The position numbers and the translations under genes are program-made. This document shows, in pieces, positions 20,115-27,775 of a DNA stretch of 32,000 nt (position 1 is its first letter; each line of letters opens with the position of its first letter). Source of the stretch: Halomicrobium mukohataei DSM 12286 (lineage in GTDB: Archaea; Halobacteriota; Halobacteria; Halobacteriales; Haloarculaceae); assembly GCF_000023965.1 (NCBI RefSeq), contig NC_013202.1, forward strand, positions 390,001-422,000, read 5' to 3'. The notes under the pieces were generated by a model that was not told the origin of the DNA, searched no databases, and was given only the letters and a program-made list of their open reading frames with translations.

Positions 20115-20133
20115 CGTGGTGAGTGTCACCACG
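20115..20133. promoter_or_regulatory. perfect 8-bp inverted repeat cgtggtga-gtg-tcaccacg in a divergent intergenic region (candidate operator)
   Basis: Read directly from the sequence. It lies between the zinc-ribbon pair (minus strand) and the BNR-repeat gene (plus strand), abutting the minus-strand TATA-like box. Confidence 0.35.
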
Positions 20134-20166
20134 AGACGTTTGTCCCGCGAAGTCGTAGGGAAGGAC

Positions 20167-21129
20167 ATGCCCACCTGCTACGCTGCGCTGGACGATCGGT
20201 TGCTGGTGATCGAGGACGACGACTGGATGGCCCGGGAGCGACCCGTGGCGCACTCACTGGAGTGTGTCGCCGCCGCGCCGGAGCGTCCTGAGCGGGTCTT
20301 CGTCGGGACCGTCGACGCAGGCCTCCAGTGCAGTACCGACGGCGGCGACAGTTGGACCACCGGGCTGGACACCGGCGACCGGGTGACTGCCGTGACGGTC
20401 AGCCCGCACGATCCCGGCGTGATCTGGGCCGGGACCGAGCCCTCGCGGGTGTATCGATCGATCGACGGCGGCGACTCCTGGAGCGAGCGGCCCGGGTTGC
20501 AGTCCCTCCCCTCGGCGTCGCGGTGGTCGTTCCCGCCGCGGCCGGACACCCACCACGTACGCTGGATCGCCGTCGACCCGGCCGATCCCGACCGCCTCTA
20601 CGTCGCCATCGAAGCGGGCGCGCTCGTCCGGACAGACGACGCGGGCGAGAGCTGGGAGGATCATCCGGACGGAGCGCGGCGAGACAACCACACGCTGGGC
20701 ACGCACCCCGACGCGCCCGAACGCGTCTACACGGCGGCCGGCGACGGCTACGCCGAGTCGCGAGACCGCGGCGATACGTGGTCGTTCCCCCAGTCGGGAC
20801 TCGATCACCGCTACGTCTGGGGACTGGCAGTCGGCGCGGACCCAGACGACGTCGTGGTGTCGGCGGCCACCGGTGCCCGCGATGCACACAGCACGGAGGG
20901 CGAGTCCTCCGTCTATCGGCGGACCGACGACGGCTGGGAGCGGGCGATGTCGGGACTACCAGACCCCGACGGGCTCGCGCGGGCGGTGCTGGCCGCCCAC
21001 GACGGACAGTTCTACGCCCTGACGAACCACGGGCTGTTCGCGAGCGACGACGGGAGGGCGTGGTCGGCGCTGGGGCTGGCCTGGCCCGACGAGTATCGAC
21101 AGCTCCCCCGCGGGCTGGCCGTCGTCTGA
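20167..21129 (+). CDS. BNR/Asp-box repeat beta-propeller protein (sialidase-fold / Ycf48-like)
   Basis: Asp-box repeats are present: STDGGDSWT, SIDGGDSWS, TDDAGESWE, SRDRGDTWS and SDDGRAWS. I trimmed it to MPTCYAALDDRLLV (ATG 20167). Confidence 0.75.
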   Translation: MPTCYAALDDRLLVIEDDDWMARERPVAHSLECVAAAPERPERVFVGTVDAGLQCSTDGGDSWTTGLDTGDRVTAVTVSPHDPGVIWAGTEPSRVYRSIDGGDSWSERPGLQSLPSASRWSFPPRPDTHHVRWIAVDPADPDRLYVAIEAGALVRTDDAGESWEDHPDGARRDNHTLGTHPDAPERVYTAAGDGYAESRDRGDTWSFPQSGLDHRYVWGLAVGADPDDVVVSAATGARDAHSTEGESSVYRRTDDGWERAMSGLPDPDGLARAVLAAHDGQFYALTNHGLFASDDGRAWSALGLAWPDEYRQLPRGLAVV

Positions 21130-21199
21130 TCGCGACGCACCGAGGGGGCGTCGAAGAGAGGGCCACCACTATGTGTTTGCCACTTGATGATCAAACTGT

Positions 21200-21844
21200 A
21201 TGTCAGAAGAGACCATCCACGAGTCCAGCGAGACGCGCAGTCGACGCGGTATCGCGTCGTACTTCCGGCGGCTCGCCCGCAGGTTCGCCACGGGCGAGCC
21301 CGCACCGGCCGACGAGGAACAGACGGTGACGGTGTCGGCACCGCCGGAGGCCGACCTGGAGACCGAAGTCGAGCGCGAGGGCGAGCGACTGAACCTCGAA
21401 ATCGAGGTGGCCTGGACCGAGGACGGTGACGATGTCGACACCGACGCGGCCGCGAGCAAGGCGACGTTCGAGCTGTTCGAGGACAGCGCCGAGGAGTGGC
21501 GCTGGCGGCTCGTCCACGACAACGGCAACGTCATCGCCGACGGCGGCGAGGGGTACGCCTCGGCCCAGAAGGCAGAGCAGGGGTTAGAGAGCGTCCGCTC
21601 GAACGCGCCGGGCGCGAACGTGATCGACCAGTCGAAAGACGACGAGAGCCAGGACGGCGGGAGCGACGCGACGTTCGAGCTGTTCGCGGACAGCGCCGGC
21701 CAGTGGCGCTGGCGGCTCGTCCACGACAACGGGAACATCATCGCGGACGGCGGACAGGGGTACTCCTCGAAGCAGAAGGCCAAGCAGGGACTGCGAAGCG
21801 TCAAGCAGAACGTCCGAGGAGCACAGGTCGAGCGCGAAGAGTAG
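21200..21844 (+). CDS. fusion protein: amphi-Trp-like N-terminal domain plus two YegP/DUF1508 (UPF0339) domains
   Basis: The N-terminal part ends in ERLNLEIEVAWTEDGDD (amphi-Trp-like, from memory). Two YegP-type repeats follow: ATFELF.DSA..WRWRLVHDNGN.IADGG.GY.S.QKA.QGL.SV. Confidence 0.8.
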   Translation: MSEETIHESSETRSRRGIASYFRRLARRFATGEPAPADEEQTVTVSAPPEADLETEVEREGERLNLEIEVAWTEDGDDVDTDAAASKATFELFEDSAEEWRWRLVHDNGNVIADGGEGYASAQKAEQGLESVRSNAPGANVIDQSKDDESQDGGSDATFELFADSAGQWRWRLVHDNGNIIADGGQGYSSKQKAKQGLRSVKQNVRGAQVEREE

Positions 21845-21862
21845 GGCGACCGCCGGGTCCGC

Positions 21863-23323
21863 TCAGAACGGGAGCCGACGCCGGAGCCCGCCGACGAGTC
21901 GCTTGCGCCGTACGATCGCTTCGCCGCCGGCCCAGCTCACCCCGAGCAGGCCCGCCCCAATGAGGAAGGCCGCGTCCCACGAGGAGAGCCAGACCGGACG
22001 GAACCACGGCATGTAGTGACCCCACAGCTGTGCGAGGGCGTTCGCGGGCCCGGACAGCAGCGTCCCCGAGAACGTCGCCTGAAGCCGGGACGGGAAGTCG
22101 AGGTTGTCGCCGGTACCGGGGCGCAGGCCCGCACTGCCGGAGAGGTCGTAGCTGCCGGTGGCGTTTTGCTGGCGGATCGTCGGGCCGTTGGACTCGTCGC
22201 CGGTCCCCAGTCGCTCTGCGTCGTACGGTCCCCAGGTGGCGTAGTACTCCCAGACGATCTCGCCGGTCGGCGTGACCTCGATCACGCGGTGGTTGAGGCT
22301 GTCGACGATCAGCGTGTTGCCGTTGGGGAGGCGATCGGCGTCCCGCGGCCACTTGAGCGAGCCCGTCCCGACCTCCCAGGTCCGTTCCCACGAGCCGTTC
22401 AGGCGAGCGTACTCGACGACCCGATCGTTGCCGCTGTCGGCGACCAGCATCGTCGGCGTCCCGTTCTCGCCGACGAGGTAGTCGGGATTGTGCTGTTCGG
22501 TGAGCACCGAGTAGTCGTCGTCACGACCCAGTCGCCGGACGATCTCGCCGGACCGTCGATCGACGACGATCGCCTGATCGAAGTTGCGCGGCGACAGGAG
22601 CAAGCGATGCTCGCCGACCTGGTCCACGTCGTTGAGGTGGCTCCAGTCGGCGTTCATACCGCCGTCGGTGTCGTTGTCGAAGTGCTCGCGGAGCCGCCAG
22701 CGCCAGGTGATCTCGTCGGTCGTCAGGTTGTAGACCACCACCTCGTCGTTGCTGACCTCGCTGGTCTCGTTCCAGGCCCGCATGTGGCCGATCACGAGTT
22801 CGTCCTCGCTGAGCATGTCGGCGTCGTGGGTGTCTTCGAAGGGGAAGCGCCGTTCCCAGACGCGCTCGTTGGTCTCGGGGTTCAGCTCGTAGATCAGCGT
22901 CTCGCCGCTGCGAGGCGAGACGACGAGCAGGTTCCCGTCGTCGAGCGGATCGACGTCGAAGAACCAGGCACCGGACCCCTGACGGCTCTGGTAGGTCCAG
23001 TCCGTGCCAGCACGTTCGTCGGCCGCGATCAGTCGAGCGGGCTTCTTGTCGTTGACCGAGCCCTCGAAGGTGTACCCCTGGACGCTGACGATCGTCGTGT
23101 TGTCGGCCGGCTGGGTCACCGTCCCGCGCTGGAGAGTGGTGTTGTCTGCCGGCGTGGACGTCGCTACGTTGGCTGCGACGACCGCCAGCAAGAGACAGAT
23201 CGTCGCCAGCAGCGCGAACCGAATCCAGTCGGCGGCAGTAGCGTTCGCACGCGCTCGTGCGACGCAATCGGTCAGTCCTGTCCCGATCCGTCGACAGGAG
23301 GCGAGCAAGCCGTCGGAGAACAC
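21863..23323 (-). CDS. arylsulfotransferase (ASST)-like beta-propeller protein, membrane anchored (paralog 2)
   Basis: 486 aa with an N-terminal TM (FALLATICLLLAVVAANVA). It shares blocks with 6287-7630 (HLNDVD, EQHNPDYL, VADSGNDRVVE, WPRDADRLPNGNTLIVDSLNHRV). It has C-terminal hydrophobic segments. Confidence 0.78.
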   Translation of the reverse strand: MFSDGLLASCRRIGTGLTDCVARARANATAADWIRFALLATICLLLAVVAANVATSTPADNTTLQRGTVTQPADNTTIVSVQGYTFEGSVNDKKPARLIAADERAGTDWTYQSRQGSGAWFFDVDPLDDGNLLVVSPRSGETLIYELNPETNERVWERRFPFEDTHDADMLSEDELVIGHMRAWNETSEVSNDEVVVYNLTTDEITWRWRLREHFDNDTDGGMNADWSHLNDVDQVGEHRLLLSPRNFDQAIVVDRRSGEIVRRLGRDDDYSVLTEQHNPDYLVGENGTPTMLVADSGNDRVVEYARLNGSWERTWEVGTGSLKWPRDADRLPNGNTLIVDSLNHRVIEVTPTGEIVWEYYATWGPYDAERLGTGDESNGPTIRQQNATGSYDLSGSAGLRPGTGDNLDFPSRLQATFSGTLLSGPANALAQLWGHYMPWFRPVWLSSWDAAFLIGAGLLGVSWAGGEAIVRRKRLVGGLRRRLPF

Positions 23324-23396
23324 GGGGACGCCTACACCGACGGCACGTCTATACCTTTCGACTCCCCCGGCACCTCGCGGTCGCCCTCGGCGGCGA

Positions 23397-24128
23397 TCAG
23401 GACAGGAAGCGCTCGGCCGCGTGGTCGAGTTCGCCGACGGGGTCGTCCTGTGATCCGTTCTCGTAGATGCGCCACTCGATGCCGGCGCGTTCGGCGGCGT
23501 CGAAGACGGCGTCGTAGTCCACGTCGCCCGTGTCGAAGGCGGCGTGGGCCGGTTCCGCGGCGTCGACGTGCGTGTCCGTGCAGTGCAGCAGGTCGATCCG
23601 GTCGGCGTGGCTGTCGATCACCGCGGCCGCGTCGACACCGGCGTAGGTCGCCAGCCCGACGTCGAGTTCGAAGGCGACACTGTCAGTCTCCTCGACGAGC
23701 ACGTCGAAGGCCGTCCGACCGTCGACCTCGGCGAACTCGGCGTCGTGGTTGTGATACAGGAGCGGGTAGTCGTAGTCCGCGAGCCGGTCGGCGAGCCCGT
23801 CGAGGCGGCGGGCCGTCTCGCGGACGCGCTCGACCGTGCCGAACGACTCGCTGTCGAGATAGGGAACCACGAGCCGTTCGGTCCGGAGCGAGCGGTACTG
23901 CTCGACGGTCGCCGCCAGATCGTCTTCGAGGGCGTCGACGGGGACGTGTGCGGCCGGCACCGCGAGGCCGGTCTCGTCGAGTGCCGTCCGGACGGCCTCG
24001 GGATCCGCCTCGGGGACGCGGTAGGCGTACTCGACGCCGTCGAAGCCGGCCCCGGCGACGCGATCGAGGAGTTCGGGGACGGAACAGTCCATGTCACGGA
24101 GCGTGTACAGCTGGATGGCACTGGCCAT
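23397..24128 (-). CDS. sugar phosphate isomerase/epimerase (xylose isomerase-like TIM barrel)
   Basis: 243 aa. The N-terminus MASAIQLYTLRD... and the overall pattern (GFDGVEYA, LLYHNHDAEF, DLLHCTD) are typical of this family. Confidence 0.8.
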   Translation of the reverse strand: MASAIQLYTLRDMDCSVPELLDRVAGAGFDGVEYAYRVPEADPEAVRTALDETGLAVPAAHVPVDALEDDLAATVEQYRSLRTERLVVPYLDSESFGTVERVRETARRLDGLADRLADYDYPLLYHNHDAEFAEVDGRTAFDVLVEETDSVAFELDVGLATYAGVDAAAVIDSHADRIDLLHCTDTHVDAAEPAHAAFDTGDVDYDAVFDAAERAGIEWRIYENGSQDDPVGELDHAAERFLS

Positions 24129-24196
24129 TGACAGAGAGGAGAGAGGGGATCGCCTTCAGCGTTGGTCTACGTGTCACGCGAGCGACTAGCTCGGCG

Positions 24197-25087
24197 TCAC
24201 TCGGCGGGCGTCGCCGGGTCGCGGCGCGTCTCGACGATTTCGAGATCGCCGTCGACGACGACGGCGAGCCGGTCGCCGTCGCGGGTCACGTCGACGCGGA
24301 GCCGCCAGGGATCCTCCTCGACGACGGTGACCGGGTGGTCGTCGACACACCAGTCGAGTCGCCAGTAGGGCGTCTGTGCGAGGTCGACGCCGTGGTCCTC
24401 GTAGAAGCTCACGACGGGCGACTGGTCGAGGAGCCCCAGTCCGACCGCCGAACAGAGTTCGTGGGCACACTGCCGACAGCGGTGGGTCGCCCGCACCGAG
24501 ACGCCCAGACAGCAGTCCTCGCCGCGTCCGATCGTCGTCGCCATGCGGCCGTTACACTCCGGACAGACGCCGTCCTTGGCGAGACAGTGGAGGTGGCGCA
24601 CGCGCTGGTCGAACGCGGACAGGATCTCCGCGTCGGTCCGGTCGTGGAGTCCCCCCGGCGGGAACGGATACTCGCCGTGGCCGTGCTCACACGCCGGGCA
24701 GGTGATCGACAGCTGTTCGTCGACGTAGTGAGCCGACAGGGTCGCGCCACAGCGGACGCACGGATCGTCGATCTCGATCTCGCGTTCCGGATGCTGGGTG
24801 AACGAGCCGGCGAAGATAGCCTGGACGATCCGCTCGCCCGCGGTCCGGAGCTCGTACCCGTCGTCGGTCTTGCGGACGAACTGGTCGGTCAGCTTCCCGA
24901 GGTGGTAGTTGAACTGCGCGCTGTCGGTCATCCCGACTGCTGCCCGGATCTCGGAGAAGGCGGCCGGCTCGTCGAGTCGCCACAGCGCTTCGAGGATCGA
25001 GAGGCGCGTCTCCTCGCCGACGATCGCGAAGGCGTCGGCCGGTGCGAGACAGTCCTCACAGTCCCGAAGATCGTCTGCCCTGCTCAT
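24197..25087 (-). CDS. winged-helix (ArsR/PadR-like HTH) transcription regulator with Cys-rich C-terminal region
   Basis: The N-terminal wHTH is FAIVGEETRLSILEALW...FSEIRAAVGMTDSAQFNYHLGKLTDQFVRKTDDGYELR. Several CxxC pairs follow: CVRC, CPAC, CPEC and CRQC. I trimmed it to MSRADDLRD (ATG 25087). Confidence 0.8.
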   Translation of the reverse strand: MSRADDLRDCEDCLAPADAFAIVGEETRLSILEALWRLDEPAAFSEIRAAVGMTDSAQFNYHLGKLTDQFVRKTDDGYELRTAGERIVQAIFAGSFTQHPEREIEIDDPCVRCGATLSAHYVDEQLSITCPACEHGHGEYPFPPGGLHDRTDAEILSAFDQRVRHLHCLAKDGVCPECNGRMATTIGRGEDCCLGVSVRATHRCRQCAHELCSAVGLGLLDQSPVVSFYEDHGVDLAQTPYWRLDWCVDDHPVTVVEEDPWRLRVDVTRDGDRLAVVVDGDLEIVETRRDPATPAE

Positions 25088-25213
25088 ACCCGACCGACGA
25101 GAGCGACGAAGTAAACTGTTCGCCAAAGCGGTTTTTTGTAGCACAGCTGTCAGGACCCGGGACGGTGCCGCCAGAACAGCGCCGCCCGACGAGGGCGCGG
25201 GCCGAGAACGGTC

Positions 25214-25221
25214 GATTTATC
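25214..25221 (+). promoter_or_regulatory. TATA-like box (gatttatc) for the PUA-domain gene
   Basis: It lies about 25-32 nt upstream of the ATG at 25246, consistent with a leaderless mRNA. Confidence 0.5.
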
Positions 25222-25245
25222 TCCGGTCCCCACGACGATGTGGGC

Positions 25246-25725
25246 ATGAACGTCAAGTCGCGCCACCACCTCAGGGCCGACGAGATCGACGCCATCGAGG
25301 AGTCCGTGGCCGCGAACCTCGGCGTGGAGCTGGACGCCGACACCTTCGAGAAAGTGGAGTTCGAGGACAGCGACTGGGACGTGGTGCTGGTCGACGGCGA
25401 CCCGCTCGTGCTGTACGTCGAAGGCGAGCCGTTCCTCACCGTCGAGGGACTCAACGCGTACCCGCCGACAGACCACGTAGTCACCGTCGACAGCGGCGCG
25501 ATCTCGTTCGTCTCTGACGGCGCAGACGTGATGCGGCCCGGCATCACCGAGGCCGACGACGGCATCGCTGCGGGCGATCTCGTCGCGATCAACGAGGAAT
25601 CACACGGGAAGTTCCTCGCCGTCGGGCGCGCGAAGGCGAGCGGCGACGGGATGGTCGGCGACAGCGGGAAGGTCGTCGAGTCGATCCACCACGTGGGTGA
25701 CGACCTCTTCGAGTTCTCCGTCTGA
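25246..25725 (+). CDS. PUA-domain RNA-binding protein (archaeal MCT-1/Tma20-like)
   Basis: 159 aa starting MNVKSRHHLRADEIDAIEE. The C-terminal PUA-like block is VTVDSGAISFVSDGADVMRPGI...GDLVAI...HGKFLAVGRA. I trimmed it from the 25042 track ORF. Confidence 0.85.
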   Translation: MNVKSRHHLRADEIDAIEESVAANLGVELDADTFEKVEFEDSDWDVVLVDGDPLVLYVEGEPFLTVEGLNAYPPTDHVVTVDSGAISFVSDGADVMRPGITEADDGIAAGDLVAINEESHGKFLAVGRAKASGDGMVGDSGKVVESIHHVGDDLFEFSV

Positions 25726-25831
25726 TCCGGACGGTCACGGACGAGCGAAGCGAAACAGAAGCAGTGCCGTCAGTTCGGGGAGCCCCGCAGGTCCGGAGAA
25801 GCTATTTCCGCGTCGTGGTCGTGTGCAGCGT

Positions 25832-26050
25832 ATGGAGACAGCGACGCGACTGTACGACCGCATCGACGCGTGGTTGCGGGACCTATCTCGCGTGCCGTAC
25901 GCGGCGATACTGGGGACGGCGACGGGACTCGGTGTCCTCGTCGTCGGGGCGGTGTTGGGCAGCGGATTGCTCGTCGTACAGGCCGTCACGATGGCAGTCG
26001 TCGTGTTCGGGTTAGAGTGTGTGTTCGGGCTCCACCAGACCGACGAGTGA
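25832..26050 (+). CDS. small two-TM membrane protein, hypothetical
   Basis: The sequence is METATRLYDRIDAWLRDLSRVPYAAILGTATGLGVLVVGAVLGSGLLVVQAVTMAVVVFGL.... A TATA-like gctattt at 25801-25807 lies about 29 nt upstream. Confidence 0.5.
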   Translation: METATRLYDRIDAWLRDLSRVPYAAILGTATGLGVLVVGAVLGSGLLVVQAVTMAVVVFGLECVFGLHQTDE

Positions 26051-26173
26051 CGGAGTCGGGCGTCGTCAGAGAGACCGTCGGGGCGGAGCGACGACCACCG
26101 CTGGCGCTCTCGCGGACAGTGGCGACGTGAGCGGCGACCGGGAGCGGCGTCTGAGCGGTAGCTTTATGCAGAT

Positions 26174-26207
26174 GTAAAGTATGCTTTACTGTAAAGGGTG
26201 CTTTACA
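26174..26207. promoter_or_regulatory. two tandem inverted repeats GTAAAG-N4-CTTTAC (26174-26189 and 26190-26207): candidate operator of the XRE regulator
   Basis: Read directly from gatGTAAAGtatgCTTTACtGTAAAGggtgCTTTACa. It lies just downstream of a TATA-like ctttatg (26163-26169) and upstream of the membrane-protein/XRE gene pair. Confidence 0.55.
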
Positions 26208-26219
26208 CCCTCGATACCC

Positions 26220-26657
26220 ATGAGAGAGGAACTCACCGCCAGACAGCGAGTCGAGAAGCGCGAGCAGTACAGTCAGTGGATCAATAGGTCGGTCGGTTTC
26301 GGCGTGCTGAGCTTCTTCGTCGCGACCGCGCTGTGGATGCTGACCGACAGAGCCGTGGTACTCTTCGCGGGACTGGGACTGTACTGGCTGGGCTGTCTCG
26401 GGATGGCCGTCGGGTACTGGCAGTCGCCGGTGTCGGTCGGCGACGAACTCGAACGGCGGATGGAGCGCGAGGCGAGTCAGACGACGTTCCTGTTCGTCAC
26501 CGTCGTGACGATACTCGGTCTACCGGCGGACGTCGTCCTCTCGACGACCGGCGTCTACACCGCTCCCGCCGCCGTCCGGGGTGCCCTCTGGGGGTACCTC
26601 CTGTTGATCCTCGTGTTCGGAGCCGTCCACTGGTTCGTGAAGCGACAGTACGAGTGA
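26220..26657 (+). CDS. four-TM membrane protein of the type commonly paired with small XRE regulators (DUF2178-like, from memory)
   Basis: The sequence is MREELTARQRVEKREQYSQWINRSVGFGVLSFFVATALWML..., with four hydrophobic segments. It ends 13 nt before the XRE gene. The track start at 26181 would sit inside the operator repeats. Confidence 0.65.
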   Translation: MREELTARQRVEKREQYSQWINRSVGFGVLSFFVATALWMLTDRAVVLFAGLGLYWLGCLGMAVGYWQSPVSVGDELERRMEREASQTTFLFVTVVTILGLPADVVLSTTGVYTAPAAVRGALWGYLLLILVFGAVHWFVKRQYE

Positions 26658-26670
26658 GCCAACGAGGAGC

Positions 26671-26880
26671 ATGAAAAACGAGATCGCCACCTACCGGGAA
26701 CAAGAGGGGTTGAGCCAGGGCGAACTGGCAGCAGCCGTCGGTGTCTCACGACAGACGATCAACGCGGTCGAGCGGGAGCGCTACGATCCGTCGCTGGCGC
26801 TGGCGTTCACGCTCGCCGCCTACTTCGACTGCCGGGTCGAGGCGCTGTTCGACCCCGACCTGGAGCCGGTCGGGGAGTGA
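26671..26880 (+). CDS. XRE-family helix-turn-helix transcription regulator (69 aa)
   Basis: It has a classic HTH_3 core: REQEGLSQGELAAAVGVSRQTINAVERERYDPSLALAFTLAAYF. Confidence 0.9.
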   Translation: MKNEIATYREQEGLSQGELAAAVGVSRQTINAVERERYDPSLALAFTLAAYFDCRVEALFDPDLEPVGE

Positions 26881-26950
26881 GCGAACGTACTCCCAGAGTG
26901 GGGTGGGAGTCGGCGGCCGCCGTCGGCGCAAAAACAGTGTAGGGCGAAGG

Positions 26951-26957
26951 TTTATTT
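26951..26957 (+). promoter_or_regulatory. TATA-like box (tttattt) for the J-domain/ferredoxin gene
   Basis: It lies 24-30 nt upstream of the in-frame GTG at 26981. No in-frame ATG lies between it and the J domain. Confidence 0.5.
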
Positions 26958-26980
26958 CCACCATACCACTAGCAGCGGGC

Positions 26981-27625
26981 GTGGCGTCCCCGTTCGAAGT
27001 TCTCGCCGTCGACCCGAACGCGAGCGACGAGGCAATCGAGCGCGCTTACAGGGAGCGAGTCAAAGAGACCCATCCCGACCACGGCGGCTCGCTGGAGGCC
27101 TTCCAGTCGGTGCGGGCCGCGTACGAACGGATCCTGTCTGGCGAGGCCGACGGCACCGAGCGACAGCGTGCCGACGACGACAGCGACGACGGCGGCTCGA
27201 TCCACCCGCGCGTGGAGTATCTCAACTACGAGGTACTGGACGATCACGGCTGGCACGCGGACGACGACGACCTCTTCGAGAAGGCGGCCGGGGCCGGGCT
27301 CGACGATGTCGATTACGGGAGCTTCCACGTCTACCCCCGCGAGTCGGTGCTGGAGGCCGCAGAGCGGAACGACTTCGCCTGGCCCTTCGCCTGCCGTGGC
27401 GGGGCGTGTGCCAACTGCGCGGTCGTCGTCCTGTCCGGAGCGCTGACGACCCGCGTCGATCACGTGCTGCCCGACGAGATTGTCGACCGGGGCTTTCAGC
27501 TGGCCTGCAACGGGATTCCGACGAGCGACGAGCTGCAACTGCTGTACAACGTCAAGCACATGGCCGAACTCGAAGAGCTGCTGTTGCCCCCACGGCCCTT
27601 CGAGCAGGCACACTCCGACGACTGA
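26981..27625 (+). CDS. DnaJ N-terminal (J) domain / plant-type 2Fe-2S ferredoxin fusion protein
   Basis: The J domain is SPFEVLAVDPNASDEAIERAYRERVKETHPDHGG (HPD motif). The C-terminal ferredoxin domain is FACRGGACANCAV...GFQLACNG (Cx4Cx2C...C). The start is inferred as GTG 26981 (leaderless). The preceding track ORF sequence is shadow-like. Confidence 0.8.
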   Translation: MASPFEVLAVDPNASDEAIERAYRERVKETHPDHGGSLEAFQSVRAAYERILSGEADGTERQRADDDSDDGGSIHPRVEYLNYEVLDDHGWHADDDDLFEKAAGAGLDDVDYGSFHVYPRESVLEAAERNDFAWPFACRGGACANCAVVVLSGALTTRVDHVLPDEIVDRGFQLACNGIPTSDELQLLYNVKHMAELEELLLPPRPFEQAHSDD

Positions 27626-27704
27626 TGCTCCCGGCTGTCACGTCGTGCAGATATTCGCCACCCCGGAGTGGCCAAATCCGTGACAGGGTTACAGCCGGTA
27701 GTAT
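27625..27704 (-). repeat. 80-nt nested-palindrome interspersed repeat, copy B (inverted relative to copy C)
   Basis: The copy runs atgctcccggctgtca...ttacagccggtagtat. Its reverse complement matches copy C at about 67/80 positions by hand alignment, against about 52/80 in direct orientation. Its first base is the A of the TGA stop of the J-domain/ferredoxin gene. Confidence 0.85.
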
Positions 27705-27775
27705 GAGACCGACGAGCCTCCGTCTGTGACAGAATCGGGCTGAGAGCGTACGTTTCCCAGATCTGGCAAGCCGTA

